Under the pieces are notes generated by a model. It did not search any database, was not told where the DNA came from, and worked only from the letters and a program-made list of their open reading frames with translations. Made by a program: the position numbers and the translations under genes. From an uncultured Stakelama sp. (GTDB taxonomy: Bacteria; Pseudomonadota; Alphaproteobacteria; Sphingomonadales; Sphingomonadaceae), in contig CAZFTL010000003.1 of assembly GCA_964521615.1 (NCBI GenBank), positions 240,332-304,331 of the forward strand: a stretch of 64,000 bases of DNA, in the 5' to 3' direction. Position 1 is the first letter of the stretch; every line of letters begins with the position of its first letter. Of the stretch, positions 36,339 through 46,764 are shown in pieces.

Positions 36339-37235
36339 TCAGCGGTGGTGGGCCGCGAAGAAATCCCACATCAACGCTGTACCATCGACCTTGCCGGTAT
36401 TGCGCGTCACACCTGGCCGCCCGAGGCCATGCCCGGGCCAGCCATGCTCGGCGCCCTTCATGATGTAGAAATCGACGTCCGCCCCGCTCGCGCAGCCGGT
36501 CCATAGTTCGCGCACATAATCGGCCGTCTCGCTACGGATCGGTCCGCGCGTGCAGCGGTTGGCGGCCGCCCAGAAAGTCGCGGCGTAGCGCGAGGGCTTG
36601 TACGGCATCCCTTGCGCGCGTCGCACGATGCCGGTGGTACTCGTGCCGCCGGCAACGGGCACCTGCTCGTCCTTCTCGGCATTGACGATGAGCATCGGTA
36701 CCGACGCGACCGGCGACGGCTCGTCGCCGAAGAGCGCGCCGACAAACGCCGCGGCACCGGCAATGCGGTTGCCGAGTTCGATGGCGACGCGCTCGGTCAT
36801 CATACCGCCGTTCGACATGCCGACGACATAGACCCGCGTCGGATCGACCGGCTGGGTGCGTTCGAGTTCGTCGATCAGCGCGCGGATGAAGCCGATATCG
36901 TCGACCTTGTCGCGCATCGCGTTGGCGCAGCAGCCGCCGGCATTCCACGTCTCGAGCTTGCCGATCCGCGCCGTGCCTTCAGGTAGCGCGAGGATGAACC
37001 CTTCCTTCGCGGCCTTGTCGATCAGCCCGGCGGATTCGGCGACCTGCCTGCCGTTGCCGCCGCCGCCGTGCAGCGCGATGACGAGCGGCCGTCTCGCATT
37101 GCCCGGCGGTACGAACAGCTGATAGTCGCGATTGCCGATGCGATGCGGGACGAGCGGTCCGTCAGCCGCCGGAGCCGGACCCGCCAATTGCAACGCGATG
37201 CCGACGATCCCCATCACCACAAGAATCCAGCGCAT
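36339..37235 (-). CDS. Secreted PHB depolymerase-family esterase (LpqC-like alpha/beta hydrolase)
   Basis: Signal peptide, then PLVIALHGGGGNG...RVYVVGMSNGGMM containing the GxSxG nucleophile. Confidence 0.8.
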   Translation of the reverse strand: MRWILVVMGIVGIALQLAGPAPAADGPLVPHRIGNRDYQLFVPPGNARRPLVIALHGGGGNGRQVAESAGLIDKAAKEGFILALPEGTARIGKLETWNAGGCCANAMRDKVDDIGFIRALIDELERTQPVDPTRVYVVGMSNGGMMTERVAIELGNRIAGAAAFVGALFGDEPSPVASVPMLIVNAEKDEQVPVAGGTSTTGIVRRAQGMPYKPSRYAATFWAAANRCTRGPIRSETADYVRELWTGCASGADVDFYIMKGAEHGWPGHGLGRPGVTRNTGKVDGTALMWDFFAAHHR

Positions 37236-37291
37236 GGCGACCTCCCTTCCCTGCTGCGCCGTTCAACGGACGAGCAGGCGCCACCCTTCGC

Positions 37292-37720
37292 TCAGGCGAC
37301 CGCGATCACCGCCAGCGTGATGCGCGACAGGCAGATCAGCTTGCCGGCATCGTCGGTGATGCGGATCGTCCAGATCTGCGTCGTACGGCCCATCGACTCC
37401 GCTCGGGCCGTCGCCGTCACGTGGCCGGACATTGCCGGGCGGATATGGTTGGCGTTGATCTCCAGCCCGACCGTCACCTGCTTCGCCGGATCGAGCGTCA
37501 TCGCACCGCCGACCGACGCGACCGTTTCCGCCAAGGCGACCGAGGCACCGCCATGGAGGCGCCCGAACGGCTGGTGAGTGCGATGATCGACCGGCATCCG
37601 CGCGGACAGCCAGTCGTCCCCGGCATCGACGAATTCGATCCCGAGCAGACCGGGCATCGACTTCGCCCCCATCGCCGTCATCGCCGCGAGATCGGGCTTT
37701 TGGCCGCCGAACCAGATCAT
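37292..37720 (-). CDS. PaaI-family hot-dog thioesterase
   Basis: ATG 37720. ...HQPFGRLHGGASVALAETVAS... is the PaaI/YbdB motif. The upstream part of the track ORF is translated repeat sequence. Confidence 0.85.
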   Translation of the reverse strand: MIWFGGQKPDLAAMTAMGAKSMPGLLGIEFVDAGDDWLSARMPVDHRTHQPFGRLHGGASVALAETVASVGGAMTLDPAKQVTVGLEINANHIRPAMSGHVTATARAESMGRTTQIWTIRITDDAGKLICLSRITLAVIAVA

Positions 37721-37735
37721 GTCGTCATCCCCTTT

Positions 37736-37844
37736 CGTCACCCCGGCCTTGTGCCGGGGTCCACCAAGCGGCTTGGTGGAAAGCTGGAGGCTCAAGCCGT
37801 TCGGCTTGCGACTCGGTGGATCCCGGCACAAGGCCGGGATGACG
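37736..37844. repeat. Family-B IR element
   Basis: Left arm CGTCACCCCGGCCTTGTGCCGGGGTCCACC and right arm GGTGGATCCCGGCACAAGGCCGGGATGACG. Same family as 25601. Confidence 0.65.
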
Positions 37845-37848
37845 TCGC

Positions 37849-39384
37849 TCAGTAAGCCCGCGCGATCAGCACGCGCTCCACCGCAGGCTCGCCGGTGAAG
37901 ATGCACGCGCCATCCACCGGCGCCGCGCCGATCGGCGTGTTGCGCAAGGTGAGCTTGAGCGCCTTCAATTGCGCCTCGACCTTCTCCAACTCCTCGCCGG
38001 TTGGCTTCGACCATTGCGCCAGCACCCAGCCGGGCTTCTCGACACCGTCGGCGAAGAAGGCTTTCAGCCCTTCCAGATCAGTGACATCGGTCGCGATATT
38101 GCCGTCGAGGCGTAGCTTGGCCTGGTTGTAGAGCCCCCCCTGAATCTCGGTCAGCAGCGCCGCCGCCTGGGCAACGCAATCGTCCTTCGCCAGCACCGCG
38201 CTGTCGAGCTTGCCGTCTTCGCGATAGAGCGCATCGCGGCGGATTTGCGAGACGTTGCCACCGGCCATGTCGCGCCCGCCGACCTCGATGACGACCGGCG
38301 CGCCCTTCTTGACCCAGCCCCAGCGCTTGGTCGCGGCCTTGGTCGCCTTCAGGTCGAGCAGCACGCGCAGCGGCTCGCCGAACGCGCTCTGCTTGACCAG
38401 CTCGTCGCGAATACCCTGGCAATAATCGATCAGCGCGGCGTCCTCGTCATTGTCGCGCAGCATCGGCACGATCACGATCTGCCACGGCGCGATCTGCGGC
38501 GGCACGCGAAGGCCGTCATCGTCGCCATGCGTCATGATCAGGCCGCCGACCATGCGCGTCGACATGCCCCAACTGATCGTGTTGGCGGGCTCGAACTGGC
38601 CGGCATCGTTCTGGAAGCGGATGTTCTGCGCCTCGGCGAAATGGGTACCGAGGAAATGGCTGGTGCCCGCCTGGAGCGCCTTGCCGTCCTGCATCATCGC
38701 CTCGATCGACCAGGTCTCGACCGCGCCAGGGAAGCGCTCGTTCTCGGGCTTCTCGCCGGCGATCACCGGCATCGCCACGCACTCCTCGGCGAACGAGCGA
38801 TAGAGTTCGAGCGCCTTGGCGGTCTCGACCCTGGCCTGTTCGGCCGAGGCGTAGGCGGCATGGCCTTCCTGCCAGAGGAATTCGGCAGTGCGCAGGAACA
38901 TGCGCGTGCGCATTTCCCAGCGCACGACGTTCGCCCATTGATTGATCTGCACCGGCAGGTCACGCCAGGACTGGATCCAGCGCGCGAAGGCGGCACCGAT
39001 CACCGTTTCCGAAGTGGGACGAACGACCAAAGGCTCTTCGAGCTTGGCAGCGGGGTCGGGAATCAGCCCGCCCTTGCCGTCGGGGATCAGGCGGTGATGC
39101 GTGACGACCGCCATTTCCTTGGCGAAGCCGTCGACATGCTCGGCTTCCTTCTCGAAATAGGAGAGCGGGATGAACAGCGGGAAATAGGTGTTGTCATAGC
39201 CCAGCGCGCGGATGCGATCGTCGATCAGCCGCTGCATCCGCTCCCAGATGCCATAACCCCATGGCCGCATGACCATGCACCCGCGCACCCCGCTCTCCTC
39301 GGCCATGTCGGCCTCGGCGATGACGGTCTGATACCATTGCGCGAAATCGTCGGCGCGCGTGACGGAAAGGGCGTGCTTGATCAT
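37849..39384 (-). CDS. proS: Proline--tRNA ligase, archaeal/eukaryotic-like architecture
   Basis: ATG 39384 (MIKHALSVTRADDFAQWYQTVI...GCMVMRPWGYGIWE). 511 aa with no bacterial INS editing insertion. The C-terminal extension ends ...ERVLIARAY. Confidence 0.92.
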   Translation of the reverse strand: MIKHALSVTRADDFAQWYQTVIAEADMAEESGVRGCMVMRPWGYGIWERMQRLIDDRIRALGYDNTYFPLFIPLSYFEKEAEHVDGFAKEMAVVTHHRLIPDGKGGLIPDPAAKLEEPLVVRPTSETVIGAAFARWIQSWRDLPVQINQWANVVRWEMRTRMFLRTAEFLWQEGHAAYASAEQARVETAKALELYRSFAEECVAMPVIAGEKPENERFPGAVETWSIEAMMQDGKALQAGTSHFLGTHFAEAQNIRFQNDAGQFEPANTISWGMSTRMVGGLIMTHGDDDGLRVPPQIAPWQIVIVPMLRDNDEDAALIDYCQGIRDELVKQSAFGEPLRVLLDLKATKAATKRWGWVKKGAPVVIEVGGRDMAGGNVSQIRRDALYREDGKLDSAVLAKDDCVAQAAALLTEIQGGLYNQAKLRLDGNIATDVTDLEGLKAFFADGVEKPGWVLAQWSKPTGEELEKVEAQLKALKLTLRNTPIGAAPVDGACIFTGEPAVERVLIARAY

Positions 39385-39485
39385 GATGGCGGGCCGATAG
39401 CGGCAAAGTGGCCCCACTCCAAGCGGATGCTCTTGCCGAACGGTCGCCGGCTCCCTTACCGTGTTGCAGGGCAAGGGGGATTTCG

Positions 39486-40274
39486 ATGAGCTATAACGAG
39501 CGGCCTGACGGCTATAAGGGCGTGAAATACGGCACGGCAGCGATGGCATTGGTCGGGGGTGCCTTCCTCCTCAAGACGTGTGGCGGGCTGGTTGGCATCA
39601 TCGGCGGCCTGCCGCCGATGACGCCGTTGGCAGCTCAGGCCCAATTGCTGAACGATCCCCAAGGCGGGCCGCTGTTCAAGACGATCAAGCAGACCTATCC
39701 GAGCGAGTTCGACGGTCTGACCAGCGAACTCGCTCGGCGCGGCGCCGAATTCCAGAGCAATCAGGACATCGTCAACGGCGGACGTTCCTATCTGCTGGCG
39801 GCAATGAAGCGCCACCTCGGCGAAATCGCCCAAGCGCCGCATGCTGCCTTGTCCGACTATCGCAAGGCTGAAATCGCGACGCTTGAGGCGCTGCAGACCG
39901 ACGATACCGCTTCCTGCGCTACCTATTTCGAGAAAGGGGTCATCAACCTGCCGAATGCCACACCAGCGGTTAAGGCGGCGATGACCGATTTGCAGATCAA
40001 GACCTGGACGACCGCAGCGGCCGGCCGCGATCAATCGGCGAAGCGCGCCATCGCCAAGCCCGCCGTGCAAGACGTCAAGGCGATCGCCTCGAACGCAGTG
40101 CATGCTGGGTCGAATCAGGGCGACGTCAACAACCTGCTGAGGGGGCTGCCGCTGTCCGACAAGGCCGAGTGCGGGGCCGGCCTGGCCCTGCTGGAGGGAA
40201 TCGACGCGCTGCCCGAAAGCCGGGCGGACAATTTCACGGCTTTCATGCTCCAGACTGCATTGACCAAGTCCTGA
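39486..40274 (+). CDS. Membrane-anchored hypothetical protein (262 aa)
   Basis: One N-terminal TM (AAMALVGGAFLLKTCGGLVGIIGG), then a helical soluble part. By eye it uses noticeably more A/T-ending codons than its neighbours. Confidence 0.5.
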   Translation: MSYNERPDGYKGVKYGTAAMALVGGAFLLKTCGGLVGIIGGLPPMTPLAAQAQLLNDPQGGPLFKTIKQTYPSEFDGLTSELARRGAEFQSNQDIVNGGRSYLLAAMKRHLGEIAQAPHAALSDYRKAEIATLEALQTDDTASCATYFEKGVINLPNATPAVKAAMTDLQIKTWTTAAAGRDQSAKRAIAKPAVQDVKAIASNAVHAGSNQGDVNNLLRGLPLSDKAECGAGLALLEGIDALPESRADNFTAFMLQTALTKS

Positions 40275-40305
40275 CCCCGCCTTGTGCCGCTCGTCAGCGC
40301 GGCGC

Positions 40306-41238
40306 ATGAATGGAGCCATGGGGGCAGCGGCACACAGTAGCGACGATCGCGTGATGCTGGGCCTCGCGATGCGGCTGCTCGCGGTGCTGTTGCTGGCGAC
40401 GCTGTCCGCGTTGATCAAGATCGCCGAGACGCGCGGGGCGAACCTGGCCGAGATCATGTTCTTTCGGCAAGGTGCTGCGGTCCCCGTCGTCCTCGCCTAT
40501 ATGGTCGTCGCCGGCGACGGGTTGGGTGCGGTCAGGACGCGCGCATTTCGCGGGCAAGTGATCCGCGCCGCGATCGGCCTGACCGGCATGGTGTTCAATT
40601 TCGGCGCCGTGCTGCTGCTGCCGCTGGCCGAAGCCACGACACTGGCGTTCACGGTGCCGATCTTCGCGACCATCCTGGGCGCGATCGTCCTCAGGGAGCC
40701 GACCGGCTGGCATCGCTGGGGTGCGGTAGTACTGGGCTTTATCGGCGTGCTGATCGTGACGCAGCCGGGCAGCGGCCATTTTCCGCTCGACGGCGCCTTG
40801 GTCGGCCTGACATCCGCCGTGTTCGTCGCGGTGGTCGCCATCCTGCTGCGCCAGATCGGCAAGATCGACCGGCCGGTCACGACGGTCTTCTGGTTCTCCG
40901 CGCTGTCGATGCTACCGCTCGCGGTCGTCTATCCTTTCTACGCGCACGCCCATGATGCGACGACCTTCGCGGTGCTGATCGCGATGGGCCTGTTCGGTGG
41001 GCTCGGGCAGATTGCGTTCACCGCGGCGCTCAAATACGCGCCCGTCTCGGCCGCGATGCCGATGGACTATTCGAGCCTGATCTGGGCGACGCTTTACGGC
41101 TGGGTGCTGTTCGGCACGCTGCCGACGCCCTGGACCTGGGTCGGGGCGCCGGTGATCATCGCGAGTGGACTCTACATCGTCTGGCGCGAACACCGCGTCG
41201 CGCGGCACCCGCAAGTCAGCGAGGCTATCGCGGACTAA
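40306..41238 (+). CDS. DMT superfamily (EamA-like) transporter
   Basis: Ten hydrophobic segments in two EamA-type repeats. Start is uncertain (40282, 40306 or 40318). Confidence 0.8.
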   Translation: MNGAMGAAAHSSDDRVMLGLAMRLLAVLLLATLSALIKIAETRGANLAEIMFFRQGAAVPVVLAYMVVAGDGLGAVRTRAFRGQVIRAAIGLTGMVFNFGAVLLLPLAEATTLAFTVPIFATILGAIVLREPTGWHRWGAVVLGFIGVLIVTQPGSGHFPLDGALVGLTSAVFVAVVAILLRQIGKIDRPVTTVFWFSALSMLPLAVVYPFYAHAHDATTFAVLIAMGLFGGLGQIAFTAALKYAPVSAAMPMDYSSLIWATLYGWVLFGTLPTPWTWVGAPVIIASGLYIVWREHRVARHPQVSEAIAD

Positions 41239-41759
41239 GCGCGCAGGCCGGCCGCCGCGCGTACTTCGCCGAGCATCCGCCGCGCGCGCAGGAACATTTC
41301 CAGCCGCGTCGCCGCGAACAGGCCAAGCGCCAAGGCAATCAGTACATCGGTAACCAGCATAGCGCTGAGATGAAAGCCGGTGCCGCCGCCAGTCGCCAGC
41401 ACCGATTTGGCGGCCATGCGCACCACGATCAGCACGACAATGAAGATCATCGCCGCGGGTGAGGCCTTCTGGTTGAGCGCATGCGTTTCGGGATCGACAT
41501 GGATCTGCATCAGCTTGCCGCGCTGCCAGCCGATCGCCGCGCCGGCGAGCAAGGCCGCGCCGCTGATCGCCCAGCCGATCGGCGGCGGCGGGAACTGGTA
41601 GAACATCACGCCGGCGAAAATCAGGTAGATGGCTGGAACTACCCACAGCGTCTCGAGCCGCAGCCGCCGCATCCGGCTCATGCCGCGCAGGCGCAAGGCC
41701 AGCACGGCGGCAACGACGACACCGGTGATTACATAAGAGATGAGCTGCTGTTGCTGCAC
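41235..41759 (-). CDS. Integral membrane protein (four or five TM segments; possibly DUF1453/CcdC-like)
   Basis: Hydrophobic profile and good codon bias. The family call is from memory only. Confidence 0.5.
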   Translation of the reverse strand: MQQQQLISYVITGVVVAAVLALRLRGMSRMRRLRLETLWVVPAIYLIFAGVMFYQFPPPPIGWAISGAALLAGAAIGWQRGKLMQIHVDPETHALNQKASPAAMIFIVVLIVVRMAAKSVLATGGGTGFHLSAMLVTDVLIALALGLFAATRLEMFLRARRMLGEVRAAAGLRA

Positions 41760-41822
41760 GACATTGTCCCCGAGGAAACCCCGGGGACTGCCATAGCAAA
41801 CTAACTCACCGTGAGGCCAGCC

Positions 41823-43394
41823 TCATTCGGCCGCCTGAGCGAGCTCCGGATCCTTCCACACCAACACCGGCTTCCTCGCCGCGAGCGTTTCGTCGAGGCG
41901 ACGGCGCGGCGCGAAATGCGGTGCCGAGCGCAGCGATTCGTCGCCGGCCTTCGCCCGCTCCGCCACCGAACGCAGCGATCCGATGAACTGATCTAGTGCC
42001 GCCTTCGATTCGGTCTCGGTCGGCTCGACCAGCATCGCGCCGTGGACCACCAACGGGAAGTACATCGTCATCGGATGATAGCCCTCGTCGATCAGCCCCT
42101 TGGCGATGTCGATCGTCGAGAAGCCCTCGGGCAAGCCGTGGTCCGAGAAGATCGCCTCGTGCATGCACGGCCCCGACGCCGCGAACGGCGCATCGAGCAT
42201 GTTCTCGAGGCTGCGCAGGACATAATTGGCATTGAGCACCGAATCCTCGGCGACCTGGCGCAGGCCATCGGCGCCGTGGCTGAGGATATAGGTCAGCGCC
42301 CGAGTGAACATGCCCATCTGGCCGTGGAAGGCGACCATGCGGCCGAAGCTGCCGGCATGATGCTCGCCCGCCGTCTCTTCCTCGACCAAAGCGAAGTGAT
42401 CGCCCTGCTTCTCGACGAAGGGCAGCGGCGCGAACGGAGTCAGCGCCTCGGAGAACACCACCGGACCCGCACCCGGGCCACCGCCGCCATGCGGGGTGGA
42501 GAAGGTCTTGTGCAGGTTGATGTGCATCGCATCGACGCCGAGATCGCCCGGACGCACGCGTCCGACGATCGCGTTGAAGTTCGCGCCGTCGCAATAGACG
42601 AACCCCCCGACCGCATGCACCGCGTCCGAGATCGCGCGCATCTCGCGCTCGAACAGGCCGCAAGTGTTCGGGTTGGTGATCATCACGCCCGCGACATCGG
42701 GCCCGAGCCGGGCCGTCAGCGCCGCGACGTCGACTCGGCCATCGGCAGTCGCGGGAATGTCCTCGACGCTATAACCGGCAAAGGCGGCCGTCGCGGGGTT
42801 GGTACCATGTGCCGATTCGGGGACGAGGATGACCTTGCGGTGCCCCTCGCCCTTCGCCTCCAGCGCGGCCTTGATCGCCAGGATGCCGCACAGCTCGCCA
42901 TGCGCGCCGGCCTTGGGGCTCATCGCCACCGAATGCATGCCGGTCAGCGTCACAAGCCAGTGCGCGAGCTGATGAATCACCTCGAACGCGCCCTGCACCG
43001 TGTCGACCGGCTGGAGCGGGTGGACGTCGGCGAAGCCCGGCAGGCGCGCCATCTTCTCGTTCAGGCGCGGATTGTGCTTCATCGTGCACGATCCGAGCGG
43101 AAACAGGCCGAGATCGATCGCGTAATTCTGACGGCTGAGGCGGGTATAGTGCCGCACCGCCTCGGGCTCGGACAGGCCCGGCAGACCGATCGGCACGGTG
43201 CGCGCGAGGCCGCCCAGCTTCGAGGCGACCTTGGCCGGTTCGGCGACTTCGACGCCGGTCGTCTCGGTCGAGCCGATCTCGAAGATCAGCGCTTCCTCGA
43301 GCATCAGCGCGCGATTGCCGGTGAACGTGGCGTTGTTGGCGCGGCGCTCGGGGGTCATTTCGGGGCGCCAGCCGCTCTGATTGATGCTGCTCAT
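41823..43394 (-). CDS. gcvPB: Glycine dehydrogenase (aminomethyl-transferring) subunit 2
   Basis: PLP-Lys region [18 protein letters not shown]. 523 aa. Overlaps the gcvPA stop. Confidence 0.95.
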   Translation of the reverse strand: MSSINQSGWRPEMTPERRANNATFTGNRALMLEEALIFEIGSTETTGVEVAEPAKVASKLGGLARTVPIGLPGLSEPEAVRHYTRLSRQNYAIDLGLFPLGSCTMKHNPRLNEKMARLPGFADVHPLQPVDTVQGAFEVIHQLAHWLVTLTGMHSVAMSPKAGAHGELCGILAIKAALEAKGEGHRKVILVPESAHGTNPATAAFAGYSVEDIPATADGRVDVAALTARLGPDVAGVMITNPNTCGLFEREMRAISDAVHAVGGFVYCDGANFNAIVGRVRPGDLGVDAMHINLHKTFSTPHGGGGPGAGPVVFSEALTPFAPLPFVEKQGDHFALVEEETAGEHHAGSFGRMVAFHGQMGMFTRALTYILSHGADGLRQVAEDSVLNANYVLRSLENMLDAPFAASGPCMHEAIFSDHGLPEGFSTIDIAKGLIDEGYHPMTMYFPLVVHGAMLVEPTETESKAALDQFIGSLRSVAERAKAGDESLRSAPHFAPRRRLDETLAARKPVLVWKDPELAQAAE

Positions 43395-44749
43395 GCCAGC
43401 GCCTCCTCGAGCGCGGAGGCAAGCGTCTCGACGTCCTCCGTTGTGGTGGTTTCGGTGACCGCGACGACCAGGCCATTGGCGAGGCCGGCGGCGTCGGGAT
43501 AGAGGCGGCCGAGCGACACGCCGGCCAATATGCCCTGGTCGGCCAGCGCGCGGACGACGGGCCGGGCTTCCTTCGACAGCTTCAGCGTGAACTCGTTGAA
43601 GAAGCCGTCATTGATCAGCTCGACGCCCGGCACCTTGGCCAGCCGCTCCGCCGCGGCGACCGCGCCGGCATGGTTGGTCGCGGCAAGCGCGCGCAGCCCC
43701 GCCTCGCCCAGCAGGGTCATGTGGATCGAGAAGGCCAGGGCGCAAAGGCCGCTATTGGTGCAGATGTTCGACGTCGCCTTCTCGCGGCGGATGTGCTGCT
43801 CGCGGGTCGAGAGCGTCAGCACGAAGCCGCGCTTGCCCTCGGCGTCGACGGTCTCGCCACAGAAACGGCCCGGCATCTGGCGGATGTACTTCTCCTTGCA
43901 GCCCATCAGGCCGACATAAGGGCCGCCGAACTGCAGCCCGACGCCGATCGACTGGCCTTCGCCGACGACGATATCGGCGTCCATCTCACCCGGTGCCTTG
44001 AGCGCGCCGAGCGCGACCGGCTCGGTCACCACCGCGATCAGCAACGCCTTCTTCGCGTGCGCGGCATCGGCCAGCGGACGCAGGTCGGCGATGCGGCCGA
44101 GGATGTCGGGATATTGCACGACGACGCACGACGTATCGTCGTCGATCGCCGCGATCAGGCTGTCGATATCGGTGTCCGCCGACAGCGCCGGCAGCGAGGT
44201 TTCGAGATGATCGCCGGTATATTTGGCCATCGTCTTCGCGACCGAGACGTAATGAGGGTGGAGACCGCCCGACAGGATCGCCTTGCCGCGCTTGGTGATG
44301 CGCCGCGCCATGCCGATCGCTTCCCAGCAGGCGGTCGAGCCGTCGTACATCGAGGCATTGGCGACATCGGTCCCGAGCAGGCGCGCGACCTGCGTCTGGA
44401 ACTCGAACAGCATCTGCAACGTGCCCTGCGCGATCTCGGGCTGATACGGCGTATAGGCGGTCAGGAATTCACCGCGCTGGATCAGATGGTCGACCGAGGC
44501 CGGCACGTGATGGCGATACGCCCCGCAACCGAGAAAGAACGGCGCCTCACCGGCGGTCAGGTTCTTGCGGGCTAGCGCGGTCATATGACGCTCGACCGCG
44601 AGTTCGCTGGCATGCATCGGCAGCCCGGCGATGGGCCCGTCGAGCTGGGCGATGCTAGGCACGTCGACGAACAGATCGTCGATCGTCTTGGCACCGATCG
44701 TGGCGAGCATAGCCTCGCGATCAGGCTGGGTCAGGGGAAGGTAGCGCAT
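43391..44749 (-). CDS. gcvPA: Glycine dehydrogenase subunit 1
   Basis: [15 protein letters not shown]...[16 protein letters not shown]...[11 protein letters not shown]. Confidence 0.95.
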   Translation of the reverse strand: MRYLPLTQPDREAMLATIGAKTIDDLFVDVPSIAQLDGPIAGLPMHASELAVERHMTALARKNLTAGEAPFFLGCGAYRHHVPASVDHLIQRGEFLTAYTPYQPEIAQGTLQMLFEFQTQVARLLGTDVANASMYDGSTACWEAIGMARRITKRGKAILSGGLHPHYVSVAKTMAKYTGDHLETSLPALSADTDIDSLIAAIDDDTSCVVVQYPDILGRIADLRPLADAAHAKKALLIAVVTEPVALGALKAPGEMDADIVVGEGQSIGVGLQFGGPYVGLMGCKEKYIRQMPGRFCGETVDAEGKRGFVLTLSTREQHIRREKATSNICTNSGLCALAFSIHMTLLGEAGLRALAATNHAGAVAAAERLAKVPGVELINDGFFNEFTLKLSKEARPVVRALADQGILAGVSLGRLYPDAAGLANGLVVAVTETTTTEDVETLASALEEALA

Positions 44750-44759
44750 TCAATTTCCC

Positions 44760-44841
44760 GTCGCCCCGGCGGAGGCCGGGGCCGCTAGGTTTTGGTCGGC
44801 GCGCTCCATCACGAAGCGGCCCCGGCCTCCGCCGGGGCGAC
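44760..44841. repeat. Intercistronic perfect inverted repeat (25-nt arms) between gcvH and gcvPA
   Basis: TCGCCCCGGCGGAGGCCGGGGCCGC ... GCGGCCCCGGCCTCCGCCGGGGCGA, separated by about 31 nt. Confidence 0.7.
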
Positions 44842-44849
44842 GCCTGAAC

Positions 44850-45221
44850 TCACAGCTTCGCGACGAAAGCCTCGTATTTCGCTTCGTCCATCAGGCCTTC
44901 GAGCTCGCTCGGGTCGCTCAGGGTCAGCTTGAAGAACCAGCCCTCGCCATCGGCATCCTCGTTGACCAGGCCGGGGTTGTCGGCGAGCTCGGCATTGCCT
45001 TCGATCACCGTGCCCGAGACCGGCGTATAGACGTCCGACGCGGCCTTGACCGATTCGACGACTGCGGCTTCGTCGCCCTTCGACACGGTCTTGCCCTCTT
45101 CGGGCACGTCGACGAACACGATGTCGCCGAGCTGGCTCTGCGCGTAATCGGTGATCCCTACGGTGCCGACATCGCCGTCGACATCGACCCATTCATGATC
45201 TTCGGTGAAGTAGCGCATCAC
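44850..45221 (-). CDS. gcvH: Glycine cleavage system H protein
   Basis: Lipoyl-Lys motif [11 protein letters not shown]. 123 aa. Confidence 0.95.
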   Translation of the reverse strand: MMRYFTEDHEWVDVDGDVGTVGITDYAQSQLGDIVFVDVPEEGKTVSKGDEAAVVESVKAASDVYTPVSGTVIEGNAELADNPGLVNEDADGEGWFFKLTLSDPSELEGLMDEAKYEAFVAKL

Positions 45222-46354
45222 TTGCTTCCTCTGACATAGCGGTGGGGAACGAAGGGCATGGCGGCGACGGTCGCTTCATGGACCTTGCCGCGCTGGTTGA
45301 GTTGGATCTTGGTGCCGACCTCCGCCATCGCGACGGGCACGTATGCCATCGCGATCGGCGCGCCGAGCGTCGGCGCGAACCCGCCCGAGGTGACCTTGCC
45401 GACTTCCGAGCCGTCGGCGTCGAGCACCACGGCGCCTTCGCGGACCGGCTGACGTCCCTCGACCAGCAAACCGACGCGCTTTACCGCCGGACCCTGTTCG
45501 CGCTCGAGCAGGATGCGTTCGGCGCCAGGGAAATTGCCTTCTTCACGACGTCGCTTGCTGGCGACGGCGAAACCGAGCGCAGCCATCAGCGGCGTCGTCT
45601 CGGGGTCCAGATCGTGACCGTAGAGCGGGAGATCGGCTTCGAGCCGCAGCGAATCGCGCGCACCCAGGCCGATCGGCTTCACCTCGGGTTCGGCACACAG
45701 CAGGTCGGCGATCTTCTCCGCGGCATCGGCCGGGATCGAAATCTCGAAGCCATCTTCCCCGGTATACCCCGAGCGGCTGATATAGGCGTCGACGCCGGCA
45801 ATCTCGAAACGCCCCCCCTTCATGAAGACCAGCGCGTCGAGCGGATACTCGCCGGTAACGTGGCGCTTCAGCGCGTCGAACGCCTTGGGCCCCTGCAGCG
45901 CGAGCAAGGCGCGATCGTCGAGATGGTTGATCGTGATCTCGTCGGGCAGGTGTTCGCGGAGATGCGCGATATCGTCATATTTCACCGCGCCGTTGACCAC
46001 CATGTAGATGCCGCCCGGCCAGCGGGTGAACATCAGGTCGTCGAGGATGCCGCCATTCTCGGCGAGCAGCAGCGAATATTTCTGCTGGCCGAGCGCCACG
46101 CTCTTCACGTCGGCGGGGATCAGCTTTTCGAGTTCGGCGTCAAGATTATCGCCGCTCAGCAGCAGCTGGCCCATATGGCTGACGTCGAACAGGCCGGCCG
46201 ATTCGCGCACCCACAGATGCTCGGCCATGATGCCCTCATACTGGACCGGCATGTGATAGCCCGCGAACGGCACCATGCGGCCACCCCTGGCGCGATGCCA
46301 GGAATCGAGCGGGAGCGTCTGCAGCTCGATGTCGGTTTCGGTATCGTCGCTCAC
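45218..46354 (-). CDS. gcvT: Aminomethyltransferase (glycine cleavage T protein)
   Basis: GTG 46354 follows GGGAGA. ...[16 protein letters not shown]...LFDVSHMGQ... Confidence 0.95.
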   Translation of the reverse strand: MSDDTETDIELQTLPLDSWHRARGGRMVPFAGYHMPVQYEGIMAEHLWVRESAGLFDVSHMGQLLLSGDNLDAELEKLIPADVKSVALGQQKYSLLLAENGGILDDLMFTRWPGGIYMVVNGAVKYDDIAHLREHLPDEITINHLDDRALLALQGPKAFDALKRHVTGEYPLDALVFMKGGRFEIAGVDAYISRSGYTGEDGFEISIPADAAEKIADLLCAEPEVKPIGLGARDSLRLEADLPLYGHDLDPETTPLMAALGFAVASKRRREEGNFPGAERILLEREQGPAVKRVGLLVEGRQPVREGAVVLDADGSEVGKVTSGGFAPTLGAPIAMAYVPVAMAEVGTKIQLNQRGKVHEATVAAMPFVPHRYVRGSK

Positions 46355-46417
46355 CCTGGGTCTCCCGAAAACAGATGACGGCGCGGCAACGGCTCCGGAG
46401 AACCCACTGCCCTGCCG

Positions 46418-46634
46418 CCCCCTCTGTCACGGAACCTGAGAGCTTTCACCCGGCACCGCCAGCGATTGGCGATGGCCCGGCTTACCCCTTCGGTGGCACG
46501 GGGTTGTTGCCCCGCACGCTTTCCAGAGCGTCACTGTCGACAAACGCGGTCCGTTTGCCTGAGAGATTCCGGGGCGGTTGCTCCTTCGGCGGCGATTTCC
46601 TTCCGGAGAAGAAACCCGCGCTCTCCCGCGTCGT
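46418..46634 (-). promoter_or_regulatory. Tandem glycine riboswitch (gcvT leader)
   Basis: The minus strand reads GGGAGAG...GCCGCCGAAGGAGCAAC...CTCTCAGGCAAACGGAC, then CTCTGGAAAG...GCCACCGAAGGGGTAA...CTCTCAGGTTCCGTGACAGAGG. That gives two aptamers with the conserved cores. Confidence 0.85.
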
Positions 46635-46689
46635 CAGCGACTACAGAAAGCTCTGACGCGGCGCAGCATGCGAGTCAATCGACCAAAAC

Positions 46690-46764
46690 CGTCATCCCGG
46701 CGAAAGCTGGGATCTCGCGCCGTATTTCTGTTGCTCGAGACCCCAGCTTTCGCTGGGGTGACGG
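46690..46764. repeat. Family-B2 IR element (GTCATCCCGGCGAAAGCTGGG... arms)
   Basis: Left arm CGTCATCCCGGCGAAAGCTGGGATCTCG and right arm CGAGACCCCAGCTTTCGCTGGGGTGACGG. Confidence 0.6.
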
